Source: Sphingomonadales bacterium (lineage in GTDB: Bacteria > Pseudomonadota > Alphaproteobacteria > CAZZKF01). Taken from it: DNA of 64,000 bases. The notes beneath the pieces were generated by a model. That model searched no databases and was not told the DNA's origin. It worked only from the letters and a program-made list of their open reading frames with translations. The stretch covers positions 6,298-70,297 of the forward strand of contig JBHHWG010000003.1 in NCBI GenBank assembly GCA_046756385.1. The letters are read 5' to 3'. The translations under genes were made by a program, and so were the position numbers. The stretch's first letter is position 1; every line of letters starts with the position of its first letter. Below, piece by piece: positions 10,864 through 20,801 of the stretch.

Positions 10864-10879
10864 GGGCAGGGGTGATGCC
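10864..10879 (+). promoter_or_regulatory. Weak sigma-54 (-24/-12)-like element upstream of the 605-aa membrane protein gene
   Basis: GGGCAG-GGGTG-ATGCC keeps the GG-N10-GC spacing and matches GGCA...TGC of TGGCAC-N5-TTGC. It lies about 95 nt upstream of GTG 10974. Confidence 0.3.
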
Positions 10880-10973
10880 CCATTGCAGCTAATCGCTTGC
10901 TCGCATCCTTTTTAGAGCCATCTTACACCTGGAGTTTCATATTCCCGCGAGAACATTTTCTGGGAGAAAACCC

Positions 10974-12791
10974 GTGGTCAGGCATATCTGGTTCGGCTGT
11001 GGCTTAGTTATCGCGTCACTGCTTGCTTACTACACCTATGGTCAACTACCTCAAATCGTTGACTATTTCACCCCCAGAGTTCTTCAGCATGAATATGTGC
11101 TCCTGTTGCGGAACGATCCGTTCCTGGCGGTTTCGGGCTTCACTTCGTTCGGTGCGGTTTTCGCATTCATCGGGATTTTCGTCGTGCTGGCGATGTGGGA
11201 CGGCATCGCGATCCGGACGATCCGAAAGAAGCTGGAAAAACTCCACGACCGGCAGCTTTCCGGCACGGCGCCGACGGTCGGCGACCTGATTGAGGCCTTT
11301 GCCGATTCGCCGGATTTCGCACCCCATGCCATGGCTTGCGCCGCCACCCTGGAAGGAACCGCGACCGGCGCGAAAAGCCCTGGCGACGATGCTTTCACAC
11401 TGCGCTCCAGCGTTCCCCCACATGTTTTTTTCAGCCCGCGAACGTTGGTCGAAGACAATCTCTATCTGTGGATTTTCAAATCCCTGCCGTTCCTGGTGTT
11501 CGGTGTCGGCGCATTCTGTTTTGCGGGGTCTGTTATCATCAATCCTGGGTTCAGTCCCGGCGACGCCACACCGGTCACCGACGGCGACCGGCTCGTCACG
11601 CTGGCGACTTTTCGAGCCGGACTCATCGCCGTCACGATCGCCGGCTTCGTCGCCTTTCTGCTGGCCCAGTCATTGCGAATTCTCCTGGCCTTTCGCGCCA
11701 GTCAGGCCAATCGGCTGGCATCCCTTGTCGGCGCGCTGTTCCCCGGTGGCGCCGAAGCCAGATTTCTGGCGCAAGCGGCCCGGAACAGCCTTGAAGCCGC
11801 GCGCGAACTTTCAGCCTCGATGACCAGGCTAGGCAGCGACATTCATGCCGATATGGTCGAGCACGCCCAACGGGTTCTCGACGCAACCCAGGTGGCGACC
11901 GATTCCATCGTAAATAAGCTCGTCAGCGCCGTGCAAAGCACGATGGCACGACCGATCGCCAAGCTGACAACCGCCGCCAGGCAGACAACGCGCGATCAAG
12001 GCGAGCGCGTTCAGCATCTTCTGGAATCCGTACTCGCCAATTTCGTCAATGAGCTTGAGAAGAATTTTGGCAGCCAGATCAGGGCAATAGACGAGCTATT
12101 AAAAGCGTCGACCCAGACGGTCGCCAACGCGGACAAGTCCTTCGGTGACGCCATCACCGGCCTCGCCGAGGAAATCAAGGGAACCCTCAATCGCCTCCAT
12201 ACCAACGAGGGCGAGCGCTTCGATCAACTGAACCGCGATCTTGAGACTTACGCCGGTGAGCTGCGGGGGCATGTCGAAAATCACTCCCGTGCTTTCGCCA
12301 CGACGATCGAACGAATGCTGGAAGAGGCGGCGGCAATTTCCAACTCGGTTCTTACCCAAAGCGCCGGCGATATGGCCCGAACGGCGGAGAGTTTCGACGC
12401 CCTCCATGGCGCGGTTGAAAATATGCTCACGCTGATCATGCCAACGCTGCATCGAGTGATCGCCAACCAGGAAAATCTGCTGGCAGCCTTGGAAAGCGAC
12501 GCGTCGGCGAGCCGGGTCATCAGCAGGGCCTCGTCGGAGATGAGCGCGGCGGCCCAGGCTGGCCGCGATACCGTGGAACGGTTCATCACCCTGGCTGAAC
12601 GCATGCGAGAGGTCAGCAGTACCATTAACGCCAACACAGCCGGCATCCGCAACGCGCCCCGGCGCGCCCCGGCGGCAGCCTCAAAACGGCTTGCCCAGGC
12701 GGCAAACGAACTTCGCAACGTGGTCAACGAGACCTCGACTGAGATTTCGGATCCTGGCCCGGGCCCCGGACCCGATCTCCGCCGGGAATAA
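10974..12791 (+). CDS. Hypothetical membrane protein: about four N-terminal TM helices plus a roughly 350-aa Ala/Gln/Glu-rich helical tail
   Basis: The 605-aa ORF has a GTG start with GGGAGAAAA upstream and GC-rich third codon positions. I could not recognise any family motif. Confidence 0.7.
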   Translation: MVRHIWFGCGLVIASLLAYYTYGQLPQIVDYFTPRVLQHEYVLLLRNDPFLAVSGFTSFGAVFAFIGIFVVLAMWDGIAIRTIRKKLEKLHDRQLSGTAPTVGDLIEAFADSPDFAPHAMACAATLEGTATGAKSPGDDAFTLRSSVPPHVFFSPRTLVEDNLYLWIFKSLPFLVFGVGAFCFAGSVIINPGFSPGDATPVTDGDRLVTLATFRAGLIAVTIAGFVAFLLAQSLRILLAFRASQANRLASLVGALFPGGAEARFLAQAARNSLEAARELSASMTRLGSDIHADMVEHAQRVLDATQVATDSIVNKLVSAVQSTMARPIAKLTTAARQTTRDQGERVQHLLESVLANFVNELEKNFGSQIRAIDELLKASTQTVANADKSFGDAITGLAEEIKGTLNRLHTNEGERFDQLNRDLETYAGELRGHVENHSRAFATTIERMLEEAAAISNSVLTQSAGDMARTAESFDALHGAVENMLTLIMPTLHRVIANQENLLAALESDASASRVISRASSEMSAAAQAGRDTVERFITLAERMREVSSTINANTAGIRNAPRRAPAAASKRLAQAANELRNVVNETSTEISDPGPGPGPDLRRE

Positions 12792-12799
12792 GGCTGGCT

Positions 12800-15610
12800 T
12801 CATTCGCCGCGAGAGAGACGATCGAGCAGCGATTTGGCTTCGTCGACGTTTTCAAACGTCTTTCCCATGGACAAGAGGGACCGCAGTTCCCTGAGCGCCT
12901 CGTCCCGGCGTCCGTTTTTCTCCAGCGCCACCGCCAGATGGTAGCGAATGTCCGGTTCGTCGGGGGCGAGCGCATTGGCTTTGCGCAGTAGATCAAGAGA
13001 GCGCGTCTTCTCCCCGGCCTCCAGCACAATCCATCCAAGCGTGTCGTTGACCGGCGCTGAATTGGGCGCCAACGCCAACGCCTCCTCCGCCGTCGGCGCG
13101 GCCCTTGGGTCGCCAAGCTTCTGATAAAGCCATGCCAGATTATTGAGGATCATGACCTTGTTTATCTCGTCCACCTGCCGCAAGGCTTCGTACTCATCAA
13201 TCGCCAGGGCCAGTTTCTCGGTTTCAAGATAGGCGTTGGCCAGTGCATGCCGGCCGGGCACCGAATCCGGATTGGCAGCAACCCATTGCTTGAGTTCGAC
13301 AATCGCCGCCTCCATTTCGCCTTGCTTGGTCAAAGCGCCGTATAGCCGGAGCGCCAGCATATCGCTCATGGCTTTTTCCTTGGCCCGCCTGTAGGCGGTC
13401 ACGGCCTCGTCTGGACGATCCATGCGCATGTAAATGTCGCCAACAAGAACGTCTCCGACTTCTGAATCCGGGTTCAGGTCACGAAAATTGCGGACGATCT
13501 CAAGCGCCCGGTCGAAATTCCTCTCACCGGCCTCGAGAACCGCCAGGCCCTCCACCGCCGGAATAAATCCGGGGTTGATTTCCAAAGCGGCATTAAATGA
13601 TTTGCGCGCACCGTCCAGATCGGAAGAGGCCGCCTGCGCCCGGCCCGCCCAATTGTGGACTTGCGGCGATCTCGGCGCCAGCCCCGCCAGCTTTTGAAAG
13701 GTTACGGCCGCACTCGCTGCCTCTCCCGCCGCGGCCTGGGCCTTGCCCAATGTCTCAAGGGCTGACGCATTATCGGGGAACGACAGGGTCAGTTGCCTTG
13801 CGGTCGCCATTGCCTTGACGTATTCGCCCCCACTCAGATAAAATCCGGCGAGTCTGAGCCCCGCTGTAACGGTCGAAGAATTCAAGGACACAGCGCGTTC
13901 GAGCCAGCCCTCGGCCGCCGCGCGATCGTTGTTGCGAAGAGCCAGATCCGCGAGCCCGAAAAGCGCCACCAGATAACCCTGGTTCTGGTCCAGAATCTCG
14001 AGATATTTCTTCCTGGCGTCGTCGAGTTTGTTCTGCGCGACATCCATTTGGGCCAGATTTGTCATCGCTGGAAAATAGTCAGGGCGCAGCTGGAGGGCCT
14101 GCTCGAAGGCCTGTCGCGCACCCTCGGCATCACCCTTTCCAAGCAGCGCCGCGCCAATCAGATTCGCAGCCATCGGGTTCTCCGGATGGTTCTTCAGCAG
14201 TTCCCGCGATACTTCAAGAGCCCGATCGAATTCCTGTTGACGCAACGCCACCAGCGCTAACAGGACCGAAGCCTGGCCGGCCTCCGGATTGATGTCGACC
14301 ATCGATTCCAGGTCCGCGACCGCGCCCTCCGTATCGCCGGTGGCCAACTTGCTGAGCGCCAACTGGGTTTGAAGGACACTCTGTTGAGGTTCGCTCGCCG
14401 CGGCCTTTTCAAAATAGAGTGTGGCGTTGGAGAAATCGCCGATACCCATATAGGCCGCGCCGATCAATGCATTGAGCCTCGCGTCATTGCTACTTTCAGA
14501 CATCAAGGGCTTCAGTGTCTCCAGGGCGGTCGCATGCTCGCCAGTGCGCACCTGGGCCGCGCCCAGCAAGCGGCGGGCGACCTGATGGCCGGGCAAGGCG
14601 GTCAGAAACCGGGAGAGATTGATTTGCGCCTGTTCAAAGTTCCGCAGACCGTAATGTACGACGCCCTTCAGATAGAAACCGGGCAAATATGATTCGAGCA
14701 TCGCACCGGTTTTCTGCAGCAACTCATTGGCGGTCTGGAAATCACCTTTCTTGGTGAAGGTCATTGCCATGAAATAATTCGCCAACGGGTGGTTTGGCAG
14801 TAATTCGAACACTGCTTCAATATCGGGGAGCGCTTCATCATCCCTGTTCAAATCAATCAGAGTTGCGGCACGGCCCAGCAGACCGGCGACATTGCGGGGC
14901 TGAATCTCCACGACGGAATTGAAATATTCGAGCGCGCCGGCCAAATCCCGCCGCAACCTGGCGAATTCACCCTTGAGCAACAAGGCGTTGGGCAACCGCG
15001 GCGACAGCGCCAACGCCCGGTCGACAAGCGCCTCCGCCCGATCAAGCCGGCCGGCCTCGGCATCAAGCCGGGCCAGGCCAAGCTTGGCCTGCACCCCTTC
15101 CGGGCGGAGCTTCTCAGCTTTCTCGAAATTCTCCCGCGCCAGATCGAGCTGTCTGGTTCCAACCTGGGCCCTGCCGATCAGCACATACGCGTCCGGCTGG
15201 GCCTCTGGCTCGAACTCTTCCACCATTATAGTGTTAAGGAGTTCCTCGAATTTTCCTTGCAGCAACAGTGACTGGCCAAGTCGCAGCTTGACGGCCGAGG
15301 TTTGCATGCCCCGGTCCCAGGCCATTCGGAACTCCTTTTCCGCCGACGGCACGTCCCCGAGCTTCAAATACACTTCGCCCAGGAAAAAGCGGGCTTCAAC
15401 GTGATCGGGATTGGCCCGAAGCAAGTTCTTAAGTTGAATAACAGCGGCACTGTATTTTTCAGCGGCGAAATATTCTCGGGCCTCATCAAGTAAAGTCGCC
15501 GATTTCTCGTCACTGGGCCGCGCCGTGGCGGTGGCCACCCAAGTCGTTGCGGCTGCTAAGGAAATCGCCACGGCAAGCAACATATTTCGGAAAGTGCTCT
15601 GCGATTGCAT
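12800..15610 (-). CDS. prsT: PEP-CTERM system TPR-repeat protein (PrsT-like), about 936 aa
   Basis: TPR repeats run along the whole length. A signal peptide follows Met61 of the tracked ORF (MQSQSTFRNMLLAVAISLAAATTWVATATA), with GGAG 9 nt upstream of ATG 15610. It sits immediately downstream of prsK-prsR. The tracked extension to 15790 overlaps prsR. Confidence 0.85.
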   Translation of the reverse strand: MQSQSTFRNMLLAVAISLAAATTWVATATARPSDEKSATLLDEAREYFAAEKYSAAVIQLKNLLRANPDHVEARFFLGEVYLKLGDVPSAEKEFRMAWDRGMQTSAVKLRLGQSLLLQGKFEELLNTIMVEEFEPEAQPDAYVLIGRAQVGTRQLDLARENFEKAEKLRPEGVQAKLGLARLDAEAGRLDRAEALVDRALALSPRLPNALLLKGEFARLRRDLAGALEYFNSVVEIQPRNVAGLLGRAATLIDLNRDDEALPDIEAVFELLPNHPLANYFMAMTFTKKGDFQTANELLQKTGAMLESYLPGFYLKGVVHYGLRNFEQAQINLSRFLTALPGHQVARRLLGAAQVRTGEHATALETLKPLMSESSNDARLNALIGAAYMGIGDFSNATLYFEKAAASEPQQSVLQTQLALSKLATGDTEGAVADLESMVDINPEAGQASVLLALVALRQQEFDRALEVSRELLKNHPENPMAANLIGAALLGKGDAEGARQAFEQALQLRPDYFPAMTNLAQMDVAQNKLDDARKKYLEILDQNQGYLVALFGLADLALRNNDRAAAEGWLERAVSLNSSTVTAGLRLAGFYLSGGEYVKAMATARQLTLSFPDNASALETLGKAQAAAGEAASAAVTFQKLAGLAPRSPQVHNWAGRAQAASSDLDGARKSFNAALEINPGFIPAVEGLAVLEAGERNFDRALEIVRNFRDLNPDSEVGDVLVGDIYMRMDRPDEAVTAYRRAKEKAMSDMLALRLYGALTKQGEMEAAIVELKQWVAANPDSVPGRHALANAYLETEKLALAIDEYEALRQVDEINKVMILNNLAWLYQKLGDPRAAPTAEEALALAPNSAPVNDTLGWIVLEAGEKTRSLDLLRKANALAPDEPDIRYHLAVALEKNGRRDEALRELRSLLSMGKTFENVDEAKSLLDRLSRGE

Positions 15611-15659
15611 CACGACCAACTCCTGTTTTCGCTGTGCTTGAGCCCACGCCCGGACCGTG

Positions 15660-17015
15660 CTAGATCTTGAAATCATAGTGCCTGACCAGATCGTAAAATG
15701 TCGGACGACTGATGCCCAAAAGCTTGGCTGCGTGAGAGATATTCCCGTCTGACTGGACCAGGGCACGCTGAATCGCCTGGCGGTCGGCATCTTCCCGCGC
15801 CTGTTTCAAGTTGAAAATCGGCCGATTGACCTCAACGTCAAGAAAGTCCAGATCGGTCGCTGTAATCCGTTTGCCATCGAAAATGATGACGGCGCGTTTC
15901 ATCCTGTTTTCCAGTTCGCGAACATTGCCGGGCCAATCGTGTTTTTCGATGCTCGCCAATGCCCCGGAGGTAAACCCCTTGACCGGTCGCCCCATTTCCC
16001 GGCCATATTTGTGGAGAAGGTTGTGCGCCAGAAGCACGGCGTCACCCTGCCTGTCCTTGAGCGGCGGGATCTTGATTGTGATTTCACTCAAGCGATAAAA
16101 CAGGTCCTCGCGAAAGCGGCCTTCGGCGATCCGCGCCACCAGGTCTTGATGGGTGGCGGAGACCACCCGGACATCGACTGAAATCTCTTTTCGGCCCCCG
16201 ACCCGTTCGATCACCCGCTCTTGCAGAAAACGCAATAGTTTGACCTGCAGGGCGAGCGGCAAATCCCCTATTTCATCCAGAAAGAGGGTGCCCTTCTCGG
16301 CAAGTTCGATCTTGCCCGGCGTCTGTTTGACAGCCCCGGTAAAGGCGCCCTTTTCGTGCCCATAAAGCTCGCTTTCCAGGAGATTCTCGGGAATTGCGGC
16401 ACAATTGATAGCGACGAACGGGCCTTTTTTGCGCGGGCTAAGGTCATGAACCGCGCGTGCCAGCAATTCCTTGCCGGTGCCACTTCCCCCCACGAAAAGG
16501 ACACTGATTTCGGCCCGCGCCACTTTCTCCACCATTTCGCAGACCTCTATCATTTCAGCACTGCCGGTGATGACGCCGCTGAGTGGGGATTTCCTGTCCG
16601 ACCGGGCCAAAGCACGGTTTTCCGCCTCCAGTTCCGCCAAATAAAAAGCGCGACTTACGATCAAGCCCAGAACCTCCGGCTCGGCGGGTTTTTGGCAGAA
16701 GTCATACGCCCCGGCGGCGATCGCCCGCAGCGCATTCTGCCGATCCTCGTTTCCGGTCACGACCACGACCTTGGCGTCAGGGGCCAAATGAAGAATCCGC
16801 TCAAGTGTCCTGAGACCTTCGGTGGCCCCGTCAGGGTCGGGCGGCAAGCCGAGATCGAGCGTGACCACCTTCGGTTCCGCCGCGCGTAGTTGTGCGATTG
16901 CGGAATCATGATCCTCGGCAATCACGACCTTGTAATCTTCGAAATTCCAGCGAAGCTGCCGTTGAAGCCCCTTATCGTCTTCAACAACCAACAGGGTTTT
17001 CTTTTGTTCGCTCAT
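15660..17015 (-). CDS. prsR: Sigma-54-dependent response regulator (NtrC/AtoC class), PEP-CTERM-box regulator PrsR-like
   Basis: Has a receiver domain (LLVVEDDKGLQ...D...), an AAA+ sigma-54 interaction domain with the GAFTGA motif (EKGAFTGAVK) and a Walker A (GGSGTGKE), and a C-terminal Fis-type HTH. ATG 17015 overlaps the prsK stop as ATGA. Confidence 0.9.
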   Translation of the reverse strand: MSEQKKTLLVVEDDKGLQRQLRWNFEDYKVVIAEDHDSAIAQLRAAEPKVVTLDLGLPPDPDGATEGLRTLERILHLAPDAKVVVVTGNEDRQNALRAIAAGAYDFCQKPAEPEVLGLIVSRAFYLAELEAENRALARSDRKSPLSGVITGSAEMIEVCEMVEKVARAEISVLFVGGSGTGKELLARAVHDLSPRKKGPFVAINCAAIPENLLESELYGHEKGAFTGAVKQTPGKIELAEKGTLFLDEIGDLPLALQVKLLRFLQERVIERVGGRKEISVDVRVVSATHQDLVARIAEGRFREDLFYRLSEITIKIPPLKDRQGDAVLLAHNLLHKYGREMGRPVKGFTSGALASIEKHDWPGNVRELENRMKRAVIIFDGKRITATDLDFLDVEVNRPIFNLKQAREDADRQAIQRALVQSDGNISHAAKLLGISRPTFYDLVRHYDFKI

Positions 17016-19105
17016 CCGACCTCCCAGCTTTGGCACGCCATGCCATCCGACGGCAAACGCCGTGACACGGGGAGACGGACGTGCATGACCGTTCCGTGAT
17101 CGGGCCTGCTGTCGACCACAAGCTGACCGCCAAGATCCGTTATGACTTGCCGGCTCTCGAAGGCGCCAATGCCATAGCCAGTGTTCTTTGTGCTGTGAAA
17201 AGGACTGAACAGTTTGGTCCGGATGAACTCGGCATCCATGCCCGGTCCGTCATCCTCAATCTCGATAACCGCGTTGTCTCGTTCCCGGCTTAAACGAACC
17301 TCCACGGTCCCGGCCCTGTCCGCGGCATCAACAGCGTTTTGAATGAGATTCCCCAAAGCTCTGGACACCTGGTCCCCGTCGCCGTTAACCAGCAGCCGGT
17401 CCACCGCGCAGTTAAACCGCATGGTCAGTTCCGGCCGGTCCTTGCCGTCCATGGCTTCGCGCAACAGCGACACCAATTCGACTTCTTTCTCCGCCTGCCC
17501 AGGCTCGCGCGCCCGATGCAGCCGGTTCAGCAACCGGTTCATTTTGCCGATCGATTCCCGGACCGTGGCGATCATGTCGGCCTGGAACTCGGGATTGTCG
17601 CCATGGCGGTCGGCGTTCTTGGCAAGCAGCGACAACTGACTGACAAGGTTCTTGATGTCATGAAGAACGAAGGCGAACCTGCGACTGAAGTCCTCGAACC
17701 GCCGCGCCTCCATGAGCGCTTTTTGGGCCGCCTGCTCCGCCAGATAGCTGGCTACTTGCCGCCCCACCGTCTTGAGCAGGTCCAGATCCTCCCAATTCAG
17801 ATCCCTGGACGCCCGAGGCTCGCCCAACAACACAAAGCCGATCAATCGGTCATGATGAATAAGCGGCAGCACGAGCCACGCCCGGCGGATGGACCGAAGC
17901 CATCGCGGTTGCACGAAGCCCTCATAGAATTCCGATTTTTCCTTCAATTCCGCCAGGTTCACGACCCATTGCCGCCGCGCCAGGAACTGGGCCAGCGCCC
18001 CGTCAACCGGCTCCGTCTCGGTGACCTGGGAGTGGAAGTTCCATTCGGCGACCAACGCGAAATGATCAGAGCCGCCGTGCAACCACAGCCCACCCCCCGG
18101 ACTATCGGCAATGTCCGCCACCGCCTGTATCGCCCGCTGACGCAAGTCGGGACCGGTCGAAATCGTTGCAATAAAACGCAACCATTCCTCGCGATAATCA
18201 TATTTATAGTCAAAGAGATGCTTGGTCAGAAAGACCCGGATCCAGGTTCGGAATCGTCCCGAAAAGAGAACCACGCCAAGTGACAGCAATGCGCCAAACA
18301 GGAAAGTTACTTGAAATACGGTGCCCCACAGACCGCCAGCCTCCCGGATGTAATAGGCCACCGTGGCCATGATCAACAGGTAGGCGCCGCCCACAACCAT
18401 CGAAGCCGTGTGAAACACCAGGCGTCGCGACACGAAAATATCGAGTGACCATTTCTGGTTCCGGGCCGCCGCAACAGCAACCAGCGGCACGATCAGGGTA
18501 AAGGCCAAACCCCGTGCCTCAAACAGCCGCAAGTCGAGCGCTTGCAAAAGCAACGCCTGGGCGTACATGTAGAAATTGAAACCGAACAAAGCCGCCAACG
18601 CGAAACAAAAGAACCGTATTTTCCAGCGGTCATTATGTTCCGTGTTGCGAAACAGATTTTCGATCAACACGATTCCGCCGACGCTCAAGGTCAGACGTCC
18701 CACCAGGCCCCACAAATAAAGCTGCCGTTGGACAGAGGCATCAGCCGCGAACGCGGCCGCGAAGTCGACGGCAATCAACAGCGCAACAGCCAGCACAGTC
18801 ACCGCCGGCGCGATAATGCGAATTCGGGAGCGCTTGGCCTGTCGCCAGTGCAACGACAAAAGACTGAGAAGAAAAGCCAGCCATCCACCAAGGTGGATAA
18901 TCTCCAGCGGGCCGCCGGTCACCGCGTATCCGACGCCGAAACGTAAATTCGCCGCCACCGTAAGCGCCCAGACCGTGGTTAGGGCGCAAGCGGCGACCAG
19001 CCAGCTACCCGGTCCACGTTGTTTCCAGCCGATAGCCAACAGGCAGGTTAAAAGCAGGAACGCAGCTCCCGCGACCGAATAGCTTATGACGCCAATGTCA
19101 CTCAC
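17012..19105 (-). CDS. prsK: PEP-CTERM system histidine kinase PrsK-like (polytopic membrane N-terminus, GAF-like region, HisKA/HATPase)
   Basis: The hydrophobic N-terminal half is about 300 aa. An H-box (FVLHDIKNLVSQL), an N-box (GNLIQNAVDA) and a G-box (DDGPGMD...GYGIGAFE) are present. It is coupled to prsR. Confidence 0.87.
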   Translation of the reverse strand: MSDIGVISYSVAGAAFLLLTCLLAIGWKQRGPGSWLVAACALTTVWALTVAANLRFGVGYAVTGGPLEIIHLGGWLAFLLSLLSLHWRQAKRSRIRIIAPAVTVLAVALLIAVDFAAAFAADASVQRQLYLWGLVGRLTLSVGGIVLIENLFRNTEHNDRWKIRFFCFALAALFGFNFYMYAQALLLQALDLRLFEARGLAFTLIVPLVAVAAARNQKWSLDIFVSRRLVFHTASMVVGGAYLLIMATVAYYIREAGGLWGTVFQVTFLFGALLSLGVVLFSGRFRTWIRVFLTKHLFDYKYDYREEWLRFIATISTGPDLRQRAIQAVADIADSPGGGLWLHGGSDHFALVAEWNFHSQVTETEPVDGALAQFLARRQWVVNLAELKEKSEFYEGFVQPRWLRSIRRAWLVLPLIHHDRLIGFVLLGEPRASRDLNWEDLDLLKTVGRQVASYLAEQAAQKALMEARRFEDFSRRFAFVLHDIKNLVSQLSLLAKNADRHGDNPEFQADMIATVRESIGKMNRLLNRLHRAREPGQAEKEVELVSLLREAMDGKDRPELTMRFNCAVDRLLVNGDGDQVSRALGNLIQNAVDAADRAGTVEVRLSRERDNAVIEIEDDGPGMDAEFIRTKLFSPFHSTKNTGYGIGAFESRQVITDLGGQLVVDSRPDHGTVMHVRLPVSRRLPSDGMACQSWEVG

Positions 19106-19164
19106 GCTGGCTCCCTTATATTGCGCTCAAGCGCCACGCAGGCTGCGCTCCCCTTGGTCGCCAA

Positions 19165-20559
19165 TTACCGTGCTCCTTCAGGCAATAAAATCACTCTCGC
19201 GGTTTGGATCAGGATCAGGAAATCCATGAAAATGCCGCAATTTTTGATGTAGTAGAGATCGAACTGGAGTTTCTGTTTGGCATCCTCGACCGAGGCGCCA
19301 TAAGGATAATTGAGTTGGGCCCAACCCGTAATGCCTGGCTTTACCTGATGCCGCTCTGAGTAATAAGGCACTTCGCGGGTCAAGGATTCGACGAAATATG
19401 GCCGCTCCGGCCGGGGCCCCACCAAACTCATATCTCCTTTAAGGACGTTGAAAATCTGTGGCAGTTCGTCAATGCGGGTCAAACGCAGAACAGTCCCGAC
19501 CCGGGTTGCCCGCGGATCGTTCTCCTGGGCCCATTGCGGTGCGCATTTGGGTTCGGCGCCAACTTTCATGCTCCGGAATTTCAGCAGAGTGAATTCCCGA
19601 CCGTACTGCCCCACCCGCTTTTGCTGATAAAAAATCGGCCCCCGTGATGAAAGCGCAATCGCCAAAGCGGCCACCAAAAAGATCGGAAGCGTAAAAAAAA
19701 GGGAACCCAAACTGACTGTCAGGTCGAATAGCCGTTTCACGGCGCGGTCAAAACGTCCGGCGGCAAACCCGTCCGAATAGATCAGCCAGCTCGGGTCGAG
19801 GGATTCCAGATCAACCAGCCCGGTTTCCCGTTCCACAAAAGTTGAATAATCCGTGATTCCGATGCCGCTGAGTTTGCACGCCAGCAGATCACGGACCGGC
19901 AACGCGCCCCGTCGCTCCTCCGGCGCTGTAATGATTTCATCAATGTGGTTCTGTTTGGCGAAATCGACGAGCGAGACAACGGCTGAAAATTCGTGTGCGT
20001 TTGTGATGGTCATTTCCCGCGGATTCATGCGAAGGAAGCCGACGACCGCAAAACCATGGGTCAGGCCATCCGTCTCAAGGCCTTGCACCCGAAGCGCCCG
20101 TTCACCCGCGCCAAGCACCAGAAGACGATGCTTGAGGGCATTCAGATCAACCAGCCGCGCAAACAGGATTCTGTTTATCAGCAACCCGGCGAACGACGTC
20201 CCATATGAGATAATGAAAATGCTGCGCCATTCCGAGATATCCGGAATCAAATAGAACACCATCGCGAACCACAGAAAGCTCAACCCGAACACGACCATCA
20301 GGCGGCTGACGGATACCCTGAGATCGCGACAAGCGTCGCGCTGATATAGTCCCAGGGCAACCATCGCGATGGTCAGCACAGTCACAAAGTGAGCGGCTTC
20401 GCCAAGTCTTTCGTCGAACGCCGCCGGTACATTTTTCAGCTCCAGCAAGCGAATGTAGTAACCCGCATAATAGGCGGCGAACAATACAGCGATATCCAAC
20501 ACGCCAAGGGCCAGAACCGACTTTGGGACATACTGCTTGAAGATACGGATCATGCCCAA
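19165..20559 (-). CDS. Polyprenyl-phosphate sugar phosphotransferase (bacterial sugar transferase; PEP-CTERM-associated EpsB-type priming enzyme)
   Basis: Four to five N-terminal TM segments precede a C-terminal WbaP/EpsB-type domain (KRLFDL...GPIFYQQKRVGQYGREFTLLKFRSM...DELPQIFNVLKGDMSLVGPRPERP). Confidence 0.88.
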   Translation of the reverse strand: MGMIRIFKQYVPKSVLALGVLDIAVLFAAYYAGYYIRLLELKNVPAAFDERLGEAAHFVTVLTIAMVALGLYQRDACRDLRVSVSRLMVVFGLSFLWFAMVFYLIPDISEWRSIFIISYGTSFAGLLINRILFARLVDLNALKHRLLVLGAGERALRVQGLETDGLTHGFAVVGFLRMNPREMTITNAHEFSAVVSLVDFAKQNHIDEIITAPEERRGALPVRDLLACKLSGIGITDYSTFVERETGLVDLESLDPSWLIYSDGFAAGRFDRAVKRLFDLTVSLGSLFFTLPIFLVAALAIALSSRGPIFYQQKRVGQYGREFTLLKFRSMKVGAEPKCAPQWAQENDPRATRVGTVLRLTRIDELPQIFNVLKGDMSLVGPRPERPYFVESLTREVPYYSERHQVKPGITGWAQLNYPYGASVEDAKQKLQFDLYYIKNCGIFMDFLILIQTARVILLPEGAR

Positions 20560-20685
20560 ACCCTGCCATGCATGAGCTTTTGGCGTGGTTGCAATAAATG
20601 CCGGTAATCTGGTTGCTCGCCAGAAAATCCGACAATTAGGCGTTACAGACTTCGGCCGAACGACTTATCCCGATGCATGTATCCT

Positions 20686-20701
20686 AGCAAAAACAGCGCC
20701 T
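20686..20701 (-). promoter_or_regulatory. Candidate sigma-54 promoter for the sugar transferase-prsK-prsR-prsT transcription unit
   Basis: The minus strand reads AGGCGC-TGTTT-TTGCT. GG and TTGC have exact consensus spacing. It lies about 130 nt upstream of ATG 20559 and points toward it. Confidence 0.45.
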
Positions 20702-20801
20702 ATTCGATACCGTTAGAAGATGGAGCGAAATCTCTATGGTTGAAAAATTATCCAGGCCGCGGTGACAAGTATCCCACCAGCTGCAAAGAGACCGCCGCGC
20801 C

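Noticed and set aside
10974-12791. The idea that the 605-aa protein (four TM helices plus long helical tail) is a ZorA/MotA-like stator of a defence system.
   Set aside because: I could not find the MotA/ExbB channel motif, and there is no ZorB/MotB-like (OmpA-domain) partner or any nuclease/helicase gene nearby. The resemblance is topological only.
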